64,000 nucleotides of DNA from Paragordius varius (taxonomy: Eukaryota > Animalia > Nematomorpha), in contig OZ176055.1 in the NCBI GenBank assembly GCA_964247055.1, positions 310,001-374,000 on the forward strand, in the 5' to 3' direction. The translations under genes and the position numbers were made by a program. Position 1 is the stretch's first letter; each line of letters starts with the position of its first letter. Of the stretch, positions 12,413 to 23,584 are shown one piece after another. A model generated the notes under the pieces. The model saw nothing but the letters and a program-made list of their open reading frames with translations. It was not told the DNA's origin and made no database searches.

Positions 12413-15400
12413 AATAACATTTAAAAAAGTATGGTTGGTTGGTTAGTTGTTTTTTTGCAAAAAAACGTATATATCTTTATATTATTTTTACGTTTTGTCC
12501 TTATATGTTTTAATTTTTACTGTGTGGAATATGTCTTTATAAACTTATATCTTAGAATTTAAAAAATCAGCGACTGAAATTGTCGTCCATTTAACCCAAA
12601 AAGAACGTAAAAAATTACGTCGTCAAAATCGGCGTGAGATTTGGTTGGAAAAACAGGAAAAAATCCGTCTAGGTCTTGAACCACCCCCTGAACCCAAATG
12701 TAAGTTTCAAAATTCAAAGAAATTTTTAATTTGAAATATATAGATATTTATAAGGGGAAATGATTTTAAAATGCTTAAAAGTTATAATTAATATATAGGT
12801 ATCATAAACCTAAAAAGTAAAACTGAATGGCAAAATTATATTTAAAAAAACTTTTTCGAGATAAGTCTGGCCTTAACTTTATTCCTTATTTTTGATGGTA
12901 TAAAAATGATCAATCCTTTAATGTGCGTACTTGTTTGATAGAAAAAACTATCTTTCTTGAACATTCAAAAATTATATCAAATTTGTTTAGCGTTTTTTCG
13001 AGTTTTACCTTAAAAATTTACTCAATTCAATTACCTTTAAGGATGTGTGATATGTTTTGTTTCACTGTAACAAAGTAAGATTTAATGAATATCTAAAAAT
13101 ATTGGTCTTTTACTATTTTATTTTTGGTTAAATTTGAGCCTTGACTTTTTATGTTTCCTATTGAAATGAAATATATAAGTGTTATATATCTTTAGCTCAA
13201 ACTTTATAAAATATGATTTTTTTATTCCATTATAAAAATTACAAATTTGTCTTTTATTATATTTCATTAATTAACTCTTTCTATTCCATTTTTTGCTAAT
13301 AAAAATTACTAAATTAATTTGTCGCGTGTTGGGGTAATGAAATAATACTGATTTCTACACCAAAATACAGGCATATGTCTATAATCTTACATCAATTAAT
13401 TTGTTTTTAAACGCTCTTTGCGTAACAAAGTAGCTCATTTTCCATTATTTTTATTCTTTCATTCTAATGGAAAATATATATTTTAAATTACTGTTCCTCC
13501 TTTAATCTTATAATATGTTTTTCTTAATTGCTTTTTTGATCGCTTTGGGGGGAAAAAGCAATTTCTTGTAGTTTTAACAATTTATATCTTTTGTTTATTT
13601 TTAATTTTTATATCACCAAAAAAAGTCATTTAAAAATTTATATATACCCTTATAATAAACTTTTTTAACATTATTGCCTTGCTTTAATAGTATAAGAATG
13701 AGCAATCTTATACGAGTTTTAGGGATATAAATTTATAATCCAATAATCAAGATTGAATTTTTCTTGTGTGTTATTTCTGTTTTACTGTAAGACATCAGGG
13801 TAATCCTTTACAGTAGCGTATGGAGTAAAACAATATTAGTCCATAGAAGAATAACAAAATGTTTTTTTTTTAGTTGTAAATACCCATATCTATAATATCC
13901 CCTTGTTTTTTTTAGAAAAAACATTTTTTATTCCTCTATGGACTAATATTGTTTTACTCCATACGCTACTGTATTTTAATATAATTTTTATTCTTAAAAA
14001 TGATACTTTTTATTTTTGCCATCTCCAGTAAAAATGAGCAATCTTATGCGTGTGTTGGGCAAAGAAGCCATCCTTGATCCAATTAAGATTAAACTTATGT
14101 GTTTTTATGTTTTAAAATATCCGGTTTATATAATTTTTTTTTCTTTAAAAATTATACCTTTTACTTTATATTTTTACTTTTCCAATAAAAATGAGCAATC
14201 TTTTCGAGACTGTAAATCAGGGTTAGCCTTCATATTAATATAATTTTTATTCTTAAAAAATTATACCTTTTATTTATAATTTTACATTGATATCTCCAGT
14301 AAAAATGAGCAATCTTTTGCTGCGGCAATAAGCAATTTAGTTCAATAATTTAGATTTATGGGTTTTTTTACTGTAAATCAGGGTTATCCTTCATATTAAT
14401 ATAGTTTTTATTCTTAAAAATTATACCTTTTATATTTTTACCATCTCCAGTAAAAATGAGCAATCTTTTCGAAACTGTAAGACAGGGTTATTTTTTATAG
14501 GTCAATATAATTTTTATTCTTAAAAATTATAACTTTTACATTATATATTTTTAATCTTTTTCCAGTAAAAATGAGCAATCTTATGCGCGTGTTGGGCAAA
14601 GAAGCAATCCTTGACCCAACCAAGATTGAATTTTTTTTGTTTCCCTGTAAATCAGGGTTATTTTTTTAGGTTAATATAATTTTTAATCTTAAAAAATTAT
14701 ATTTTTTATATTAAATATTTTCATTCTTTAAAAAATATACCTTTTATATTTTTGCCATCTCCAGTAAAAATGAGCAATCTTATGCGCGTGTTGGGCAAAG
14801 AAGCCATCCTTGACCCGACCAAGATTGAAGCACACGTGAGGGCTCAAATGGCCCGACGGGCTCAACAACACGAACAAGCCAACGAGGAAAGAAAATTAAC
14901 TCCCTCCGAGCGAAAAGCTAAACGCGAAAGAAAACTCCAGGAGGATACTTCTGATGAAGTCCATGTCGCAGTTTTTAGGTAACGTTTTTGGAAAGTTTGT
15001 TTTTTAAATACCATCTCTATAGGTTTAGTTTTTTGAAAAAGTGCGTTTGAAATGTGTTAGAAAAGTTTTTATGGTAATATTTAAAATTTAAAGTCAACGA
15101 GAAAAGCTAAACGGGACATAAAACTTCAGGAGGATACTTCTGATGAAGTCCATGTCGCAGTTTTTAGGTAATAAATTTGGGTTTAAAAAACGTTTCAAAT
15201 TTCAAAAAAAGTGCGTTTGGCCTTTAAAATTTGTTTGGGAATTGAATTAAAAGGCAAAAGTTTGACATGTTTTAGAAAAGTTTTTAATTATATGAGAGTA
15301 ATATTTTAAAACTTAAAGTCAACGAGGAAAGAAAATTGATTCTCTCTGAGCGAAAAGCTAAACGGGACAGAAAACTGCAGGAGGATACTTCTGATGAAGT

Positions 15401-18400
15401 TCATGTTGCAGTTTTTAGGTAACATTTTTGAAAAGACATTAGAATTGATTTATATAGGTTTAGTTTTTTGAAAAAGTGCGTTTAGTTTTTAAAATTTGTT
15501 TGGGGCATAGAAAAAGTTAAAAATTTGGAATGTTTTAGAAAAGTTTTTATTTATATGAGAATAATATTAAAATCTAAAGTCAACGAGGAAAAATTGAGTC
15601 CCTCTGACCGCAAGGCCAAAAGCGAGGGAAAACTTGTGGAAAATACTTCTGATGAAGTTAATATCTCTGTTCTTAGGTAACGTTTTAAAAAGTTTGGTTT
15701 TTAGAAAGGGTGTACGTAGGTTTTTCAAATAAAATCTATTTGGGAATTATTGGGTTAGTTTAAATAACATGTGAAATGTATTATAAATTTTGCTTACTTT
15801 TCTTTTTTAATAATTATACTTAAATTTCGATTTTCATTTATGATATAATTTACCATTTACAGTTCAAATTGACCCTTAAACAATTCAAATTCACCCTGGA
15901 ACAATCTTAATTCACCCTAAGATAAATATGTGTTTTTTTAGATTAAAAATACCTATATTTTTTTATATATTTATAAAATTAAATTTTGTTTAAAATCAAT
16001 GTTATAGTGGAAAAAATGATAAACTATGCCATAAAAATAGATTTCTTATTAATGATGAGTTATATTAGCCTAGCCCCCAAAACACATTTATTTTTAGGTG
16101 AATTCGAATTATTCAGGGGTGAATTCGAATTGTTCAAGGATGAATTTGAATTCTAAATGGTATATATATATATATATATATATTTAATGATATAATATTA
16201 ATTAAGATTCTTAAAAGGTTTGAAATATATATTTACGTTATTTATTGTTTTTTATAAAAAAAATGATTCACAATAACCAAATTTTTTATTTATAGTATCA
16301 TAAGCTTGTTTGTCCTTTTTTTGGCAGTTTTATTGTTTTTAGCTTTTATTTTAGATGCTGCCATATTTTTTGAGTTATTTTTTTTTGGTTCAAAATGAAA
16401 TTAAATATATTTCGATTTAAACCTTTATAGATTGCGTACGTTACATAACCCAGCTAAAAAATTTAAGGTTGAAGCAAATGCAAATCAATTGTTTATGACA
16501 GGTTTCGTAGCTCTTTACAAGGATATCAATGTTGTCGTAGTTGAAGGAGGTACTATTTATTTCATTTACAATTTAAATCACCTTTGAACAATTTAAATTC
16601 ACCCTTGAACAATTCAAATTCACCCCCTTGAACAATTCAAATTCACCCCCTTGAACAATTCAAATTTACTCTTGAACAATTCAAATTCATTCTTGAACAA
16701 TTTAACTTCACCCTTAAACAATTCAAATTCACCCTTGTACAATTCAAATCACCCTTAAACAATTCAAATTTACCCTTGTACAATTTAAATTCACCCTTAA
16801 ACAATTCAAATTCACCCCCTTGAACAATTCATCACCTTTAAACAATTTAAATTTACCCTTGAACAATTCAAATTCACCCTTAAACAATTTAAATTTACCC
16901 TTAAACAATTTAAATTCACCCTTGAACAATTCAAAATCATCCTTGAACAATTCAAATAATTTACCCTCAAATAAATTGTCATTTTTTTTAATTTAAACAT
17001 TACACCCATATTTGTATATATTTTTAAAAAAATATATAATTTTGTTTAAAATTAAAATAATAGTATTGAAAAAATAATAAACTATGCGCCATAAAGATAT
17101 ATTTTATATTAATATTAATGAGTTATATTGGTTCGAAAACACATAATTGCTTTTTAGGGTGATTTTGAATTTTTCAAGGGTGAAATTGAATTGTTTAAGG
17201 GTGAATTTGAATTGTAAATGGTATATGTTTTTCGTGAAAAAAAAGTAAGGATTTGCTGGATATTTTTAAGTTTATACTCTTTTATTTTATTCCCAATTTT
17301 TAAATTTGAGTTAAAAATATATGTGAAATATTTCAAGTAAAGTCCGAATGCTTTTTTATATTATGATGAGTGCATAGTTTAAAAAGTTTTTTCATTTTTT
17401 TTGATAAAATTTACATTATTGGATCCTACATGAGGGTTTTTTTATCATAGGAAAAAACCCTAAACTCCATTTTTTTCAATTAATGCAATTATTAATAAAA
17501 TTAAGTGTATATTTAAAACTTTTTTTAATTTTTATAGTTTGGCCTTCAATAATTTATAATTAAAAATTTGTATTCCTTTTTTTTTTGTTTTATAGGACCT
17601 AAGCAGCTTCGAAAATTTAAACATCTCATGTTAGATCGAATAAAATGGCAAGATGATAAATTACCCTCCACGCATCAATCCCATTTTATAACAGCGGGGA
17701 CAGGTGAAAAATTTATATATTTATAAAAGAATTTTTTTTAATTTTAAAATCTCCACAAAAAAATTAACAAATGATATTTTTCAATTTGGTTTATTTTTGT
17801 TTAAATTTAATTATTACAATATGTGCATTTTAATGGTTCCTTATTTTACACAACACTATAGTAGGGGGCAATTTGCAACAAGAGTGTATGGAAAAAAGAA
17901 AGGGAATAATTGTTTATTCAACATTTTGTTGTTTTTTCCATACACTACTGTAGTGTTGCAAATTGCCCGCCCTACTATAGTGTTGTGTGAAATAAGCAAC
18001 CACATTAAAATGAACAGACTGTAATCTATTTTTTTAAATCAAGTTAATAGAGATGTTTTTTTATATTTTTTGCCCATTTTTTATTGCGTGTTTCCTAATT
18101 TTTAATTAGTGACACGCTTTTAAATTTAAATAATTGAAAATTTATTATAATCTAATATATTATTTTTATAATAAGTCTTGAAAGTAAAATTTTTCTAATA
18201 TTTATTAATAAATGTCTTTATTTATGTTTTTTTAACCATTAAACCAAAAGCCAATCAATATCTAGTATAAATATATGTAGTTTTATTACAAATTTTACTG
18301 GTATGGGATACAAAAAAGGTTTGTTCATAATTAAATAATAAACATAATCAATATCAATACATGGGGATGTTTAATTTTAATCATTCATTGCTGGTTACCA

Positions 18401-18687
18401 TACGCTTCTGTAGTTTATGGCAAAAAAAAATTTTTATTACTAAATTTTTCCTTTTTTTTTAAATTTCAGAACTGATTACTGCGTCCACATCAAATAATCA
18501 ACTTAACCACAATTTATGTGAATTAGTTTGGGAGGGTATTGTAAAAAAACGAGCTTTTGGCCCAATAACCTTTAAACTATTCCCTTCGGAGGGATTTGCC
18601 CGCGAAGCATTTGCAAAACACGGTGTTGAACAGTATTGGAATTTGGCTTACAGCCATGCTCTGCTAGAAAATAATGAAAATTTATGA
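8731..18687 (+). CDS. PRPF3: U4/U6 snRNP protein Prp3, 10 exons, 640 aa
   Basis: Exons 8731-8854, 8883-9355, 9691-9948, 10193-10356, 11136-11236, 12556-12699, 14765-14978, 16431-16549, 17596-17703, 18470-18687, all GT-AG, total 1923 nt in frame. Motifs: PWI-like N-terminus, [111 protein letters not shown]. Confidence 0.96.
10839..11120. mobile_element. MITE family A copy in PRPF3 intron 4
   Basis: TA-CAGTAAAAATTAAAATTGACAAAACG ... CATTTTGTCC...CAATTTTTACTA. It ends 15 nt upstream of the exon 5 acceptor. Confidence 0.8.
11249..11817. mobile_element. Foldback MITE family B copy in PRPF3 intron 5
   Basis: Left arm is about 15 degenerate ACAATTCAAATTCACCCTTGA units; the right arm has about 2 inverted units ending GTAAATGG-TA. 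Confidence 0.8.
11839..12522. mobile_element. Compound/nested MITE family A in PRPF3 intron 5
   Basis: Outer TIRs at 11839 (GTAAAAATTAAATTTATACGGACAAAACG) and 12522 (CGTTTTGTCC...TTTTTACTG). A second copy lies inside at ~12045-12294, with (TA)n tracts around it. Confidence 0.75.
13690..14764 (+). repeat. Six tandem degenerate copies of the PRPF3 exon 7 acceptor junction (intron end plus first 20-70 nt of exon)
   Basis: CCAG|TAAAAATGAGCAATCTT or variants after 13690 (decayed), 14028, 14185 (AG mutated to AA), 14299, 14450 and 14565. The true acceptor is at 14764. Confidence 0.92.
13811..13971. mobile_element. MITE family C (161 bp, TA-flanked)
   Basis: TIR CAGTAGCGTATGGAGTAAAACAATATTAGTCCATAG is inverted at the right end. 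Second copy at 46274-46445. Confidence 0.8.
15094..15680 (+). repeat. Three tandem degenerate copies of the PRPF3 exon 7 3' half plus donor site
   Basis: Copies of ...GGAGGATACTTCTGATGAAGT..TTTAG|GTAA with GT at 15168, 15419 and 15677. The true donor is at 14979. Each copy is followed by a copy of the intron start. Confidence 0.92.
15853..16160. mobile_element. Foldback MITE family B copy in PRPF3 intron 7
   Basis: TA-CCATTTACAGTTCAAATTGACCC ... GAATTTGAATTCTAAATGG-TA. Confidence 0.85.
16562..17221. mobile_element. Foldback MITE family B copy with an expanded left arm (about 19 x 21-bp units) in PRPF3 intron 8
   Basis: Tandem ACAATTCAAATTCACCCTTGA units at 16570-16970, conserved core, and 3 inverted units ending GTAAATGG-TA. 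Confidence 0.85.
17820..18020. mobile_element. ~200-bp palindromic MITE in PRPF3 intron 9
   Basis: TTATTTTACACAACACTATAGTAGGGGGCAATTTGCAACA is inverted at 17955-17996 (TGTTGCAAATTGCCCGCCCTACTATAGTGTTGTGTGAAATAA). Confidence 0.7.
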
Positions 18688-18869
18688 TTTTTTTTAGCAG
18701 ATAAATACATTGTTAACAACCAATATTCTTTTTTCTTTAGAAATATTGCTCTAAAAAAGCAAGAAGAGGGATGAAATTTTTATTGGTGGGGGAATTTGTG
18801 TTTCAAATGTATATATATAAATTAATAAATTTGAATTGTGGACATGTAGTAATCATATTCTATTATATA

Positions 18870-19095
18870 TCATTAACAGTTCAAATTGACTCTCGAATAA
18901 TTCAAATTTACCCTAAAATTATGTGTTTTTTAAGATTTAAAATTAGCTATATTATTTTATATTTTTGAAAAATGAAATTTCGCTAAGCCATAAGAATACA
19001 TTTCTTATTAATGATGAGTTATATTAACTGCCCGAAAAGACATAATATTTTTAGGGTGAATTAATTGTTCCAGAGGAAATTTTAATTGTAAATGG
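18870..19095. mobile_element. Foldback MITE family B, short copy downstream of PRPF3
   Basis: CATTAACAGTTCAAATTGAC ... AATTGTAAATGG-TA with the family core ATGATGAGTTATATTA. Confidence 0.7.
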
Positions 19096-19904
19096 TATAA
19101 TAAAAATTAAATAAACCTTTTAATTATCAACTTTAGAGGTTTTGCTAAACACGGTCACAGTATAAGAATTTGGCTTACAGTTATCTCAAATTTTATTTAA
19201 AAATATCCGGAATTTATCCTATTTATAGCAATTTTTCTATGTTCTGTTAAGTAATGTACTATGGATGAAGGGATGGAATATACGGAGATTTCGTTCAGGT
19301 GTTTAAGTTTAAAAAGTACAACGTTTTTTTAAAAAAATTTTTTTTTATATATTTTGTTTTGTCCATAGTTTATACTGTACAACACACAACGATGATTTAT
19401 AATTAAAAAATATATCTTTTTATAAAAAAATGGTTGTCTGGTTTTAACATTTCTGTATAATTTTGATTTTGAAAAGAAGAGGTCTTCGACAAACAAACTA
19501 AAATGGTTTCATTCTGCCATTAATGGGGTTTTGTAATTAAAACTGGGGGTATATGAAATCGCTGTCTGTTTCGAATAATTTATAACAAGACACAAAGATT
19601 ATTGTATTGTAAAAAATAACCATTCCATATCTCAATATTTTATATAGTTAAGATTATTTGTTTTTTATGTTGTAAGATATTGTAGCCCATTTTTGGGGTT
19701 ATATATTGCGTAATTAAACATTAATTTTATATATTATTATTAAAAATTTTGTTATGGCTTTAATTATTCGTAGTTGGTTTGAGGGAGATGGAAAATAAGA
19801 ATCTATTTTCTTATAAGAGTGAGATAATTCAATTGGAATTATGTGAAAATTATGTTTTATTGGCATAAGATGTTTTTACTGTAACGATTAAAAACCTCCA
19901 AATT

Positions 19905-20066
19905 TATATCCACTCATCAACGAAACCGCCACTCTTCAGCAATAAGATAGATGGAATATATGCTGGTGTTATTCTAGCTGAGAGTTAATTCGAAACAGAT
20001 TTTGCTGGACAGTGTATTGTAAGACTTGGCTAACTATGTACATCCACTTATCACTAAAACCGCCAC
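19905..20066 (+). repeat. Isolated monomer of the ~167-bp satellite
   Basis: ATCCACTCATCAACGAAACCGCCACTCTTCAGCAATAAGATAGATGG...GTAAGACTTGGCTAACT matches the array unit. Confidence 0.85.
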
Positions 20067-20164
20067 AGCCAAATAAAATATATATTTTTTTTGAGAGACA
20101 TGAACCTTATAATGGCAAATATTCCATATCTATTTGACAGCACATATTTATACTCTACAATGAA

Positions 20165-21365
20165 TTTTTTGCGGCGCCCGGGGCATAAAACTCTTATGGC
20201 GCCTCCCCTCTTTTTAAAAGCAAAAAAACATTGCAATCTAAACACCCGAGCTTCTAGAGCGGAATAAATTTCAGTTTTATTTATCAATCTTCTTTCTGCC
20301 TCTTTTCAAGTAGTAAATGCTTTCCGACGATTGAAACTATTTTCATAATGGATTAATTTATCTTTTTTTCCTCCATTAAAACCATAAGAGATTAAAATAT
20401 AGTCAACAAAAACAATAAGCACATCTGTTTTTTGTCAACTTCAAATCCTTCTTTTTTTACCGACAGGTCGAAAAAAACAAGATTGGGGCATTGAATGATT
20501 TTTTATTTTGAAATCCTTGAGATCCACGAAAAATCATTTTTGTACGAAGATGTTTAGATGTTACGAAATTATTATTAGTAAATTTTAAAAAGGCGACATC
20601 ATTAAAATCTATAGGTATAGTGCTTGAAATTGCTTATGGTATATTTGTAGTTTTCTCATCTCTATTTATTGGATCAATAACTAGGGTTTCATGAGTATTT
20701 AAGTTATATTAAGGGGTACAGTTATGTTTGTGTCGCATACACTTTTTCAATGTTATGATCAGATATTATCGTTGAATAAGATTTCATCATTCGCATTTTA
20801 TTTGTTGTATTCTCTTCCTGGATTTTTCGTTTCCTATTTGCGTAACCGCTGAATTTAGGCACTTATATCTGATGAAAAAAAAATTATAAAATACAAAGAT
20901 ATAATGATAATAAAGACCTACCTTGTTAGAGATGGAATGATCTTGGGGATTTAAATAAATAAAATTGGGTTTAATTTATGATAAATTAAAATGCAATTAT
21001 AAATTATAATAGAGATAAGGTTTTGAACAGAAAGAGAAGTTAAAATATTTAATTAAAGACAATAAAAGAGTTAACTATGTGCGTGATAAAGAAACGTATT
21101 TTAAGCGAAAAATAAGTTTGCTCGTGTTGAAGGGAATTACTACATGAAAGTCCATAATGTTTTATCTTCATCTCATTTATATAATTTTTATATAATTATA
21201 GGGATTATTGCGTTTGCTGAAAAATCTTACTTATGGGTTGTTATTATTTTTGCATAGTTTAAATTTAATTTTAAAAAAATTATTTAGGCGCCACTAAATA
21301 ACGGCGCCCTGGGCATTATGCACCCCCTTGCCCCCCCCCCCCCCCCCCCCCTTCGGTACGCCATG
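20165..21365 (-). mobile_element. Decayed hAT element, longer relative of the MITE at 48266, with possible TTF-zinc-finger transposase remnants
   Basis: Both ends match the 48266-48647 MITE (TTTGCGGCGCC.GGGGCATAAAAC; GGCGCC.CTAAATAACGGCGCCC..GGCAT.ATGCACCCCCTTG..GGTACGCC). Broken minus-strand peptides PKFSGYANRKRK and CAYCFC*LYF resemble ZMYM1/TTF-type hAT N-termini (inference). Confidence 0.6.
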
Positions 21366-21388
21366 CCTTTTGCACCATTTATAAAAAA

Positions 21389-23580
21389 TTAAAATATTTT
21401 GATAACAACATTTATTTTGATATTAATCAATAATTTTGACAAATTTGGGTTCGCCTCATGACAGGCCAATCTTAATATGTCATCCATTTTATCATCGGTT
21501 AAGCGATTATGAATGTATTCTTGGCATACTTCATTTTTAAATATGCCGTCGCACACGTGTAAGTTTAAGGAAAAACAGTTAGAACTCGAGCACATTTTTT
21601 ATATTTTTTATTTATTTGGCACATCTTGCCAAAACTTTACATATCTTTCTTCTCTACGAATCTTCTTGAATATAGCCTCCAAATTGGAATCATTTTTAAA
21701 ATCTACGAATTCTTCAATGATATGCTCCTGATCAAAACCGAAATGCTAAAGTTGCATAATATTGGATATATCCATATGCCATGAATTTTCAACGAGTTTT
21801 AAGCAATTTTTAATAAAACATCTCATTAGATTAAAATGTTAAATGATTGTCTATTATTAAATTAATCTCCGGTAAATTCCATATTTTCTTCATGAATCGT
21901 TTTAAAAGTTGGAAAATTTACAAGTGTTTTATTTATATAGTGTTTTTCTTCAAAAGCAAATATATGATTAACAAATTGGGTTTTTATTTTGCTCTCTTGA
22001 AGACTTGTATAAAAAATAATAAGTTTATAAGTAATGCAAAGGAGGCTAATAAAATTCATTATTTGTCACTATTAAATTCCTCGTCAAACTTTCTGTTATC
22101 TTTTATAAATAATAGAATTTTTTGTCTTAAAACAAAAAATCTATATAATACTTTGCTAAGGCTTAGCCATCTTAGAGCGGTCTACAAAAGAATATCATCA
22201 AACTTACTGTGGATATCATTTAAAAGGTTTTTAAATTTACGACGGTTAAATTCTCTGCCACGGATGTGGTTAACCATGTCCACAACCGTTTTAATTACTG
22301 AATTGAGTGATTCATCTTTTACACGCGAAACCAAGTTTTGCTGATGAATAAAGCAGTGAAAGGACAAAATATTTTGCAAATTCTATTTGTTTTTCAAAAG
22401 AGGAATAAATTTTTTGTTTATTCCAATCATAGAGGGACAGCCATCTGTGCAGATCGAAATTTTTTCATAGATTTACCAACTTTATCGAAAAAAATGCTAA
22501 TTATTTCGAGAAAATCACTTCCATTCGTAGTATTATTGATTCGTAAAAATTTTGTCGTTGCTAAATCCTACTAAAAGAGCACATTGAGGTGTACTAATAT
22601 CAATGCCAGAATCAATAGCAATAGTTTTTTAGAGCCAATAATGTATTGTTAAAAATATATTTAGACATATCTTCAATGCGTCGAGCACATGTTAAATCAG
22701 AAAGTTAAAGTTTTTTAATTTGCCTCATGATTTGATCTTTATTATGGAATTTATCAAATAAAAAAGTGCAACCATTCAAACAATTTCATATTTTTTCCTA
22801 AAATATAGCAAATATGCAAAGCTATTGTCACAGCTTTTTTGTTAAAGAAAGCTATGGACATAATAGATTTTTCTTTCTAATATAATTTCTTAATCTTTTT
22901 ATATTTTTCGTTTCCTTCCTCATGATTTTCTGGTAATTTATGAGAATGATGGATTGAATGTCTTTCAATATTGTATTTTTTATAATTAGGTTGTCCTTAC
23001 ATAATAGGCAGGTAACAACATTTTTATTTAAAACGTCAAAGGTTTTTTCTTCTTATAATTTTTAAAGAAGCGATTTTCGTCGGATAATTTATGTTTTTTA
23101 GCATTAGATGTCATCCTTTGAATGTATGTTTGAATATTATGTAAATTTCAAAAAATAGAAATAAAATTTGAATTATGCTATAAATTCAATGATGTTGATC
23201 TGAAAAATATTTTAGGTAAAATATGATGCAGAATATTAATGAAAAGAATATATAGATACAAGTTTGGGTAAAAGGCTTGTTTAAAAAAGAGGAATGCAAT
23301 AAAAATTTCAAAATAGAAAAGAAAATAGAGTACAAAAACAGAAACAACGTGTGCCAAAATTTTGAAATCGTTTTGATGTAGGAAAATTTTTCACATTTCT
23401 AATTGGGTAAAAAATAAAAATTACCAAAATTAAATTTTAAGAAAATAAATTAATATTAAAATAAGCGAAAACTCGTTTATGTGTATTTTAAAAATTCATC
23501 AATAAATTTAAGTAATATGGTCACAGGGCAATTTTAAAGCACTCTTAGGGCGCATCCGGCCTCTGGTTTGGGTACCACTA
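21389..23580 (-). mobile_element. Decayed Charlie/Buster-type hAT transposon (GTF2IRD2-like transposase pseudogene)
   Basis: Minus-strand fragments: KKYNIERH (N-terminal), FHCFIHQQNL...VVDMVNHIR..FNRRKFKNLLNDIHSKFDDILL*TALRWLSLSKVLYRF, and NRLTDDKMDDILRLA (dimerisation region), with stops and frameshifts. Terminal TAGTGGTACCCAAACC at 23580 resembles Charlie TIRs. The other TIR was not found. Confidence 0.82.
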
Positions 23581-23584
23581 ATTT

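Noticed and set aside
14016-14243. [18 protein letters not shown] as a second PRPF3 gene
   Set aside because: It is one of the partial exon 7 junction duplicates and runs into intron-derived sequence after about 25 codons.
16744-17009. ORFs with 7-aa periodicity (FKGEFEL / RVNLNCL)
   Set aside because: They are translations of the 21-bp minisatellite in a MITE arm, antisense within a PRPF3 intron.
21331-21351. 21-nt poly-C tract (and G11 at ~4789) as a functional G-quadruplex
   Set aside because: Both are expanded homopolymers inside transposon subterminal regions; the related MITE at 48266 has only a short C run at that position.
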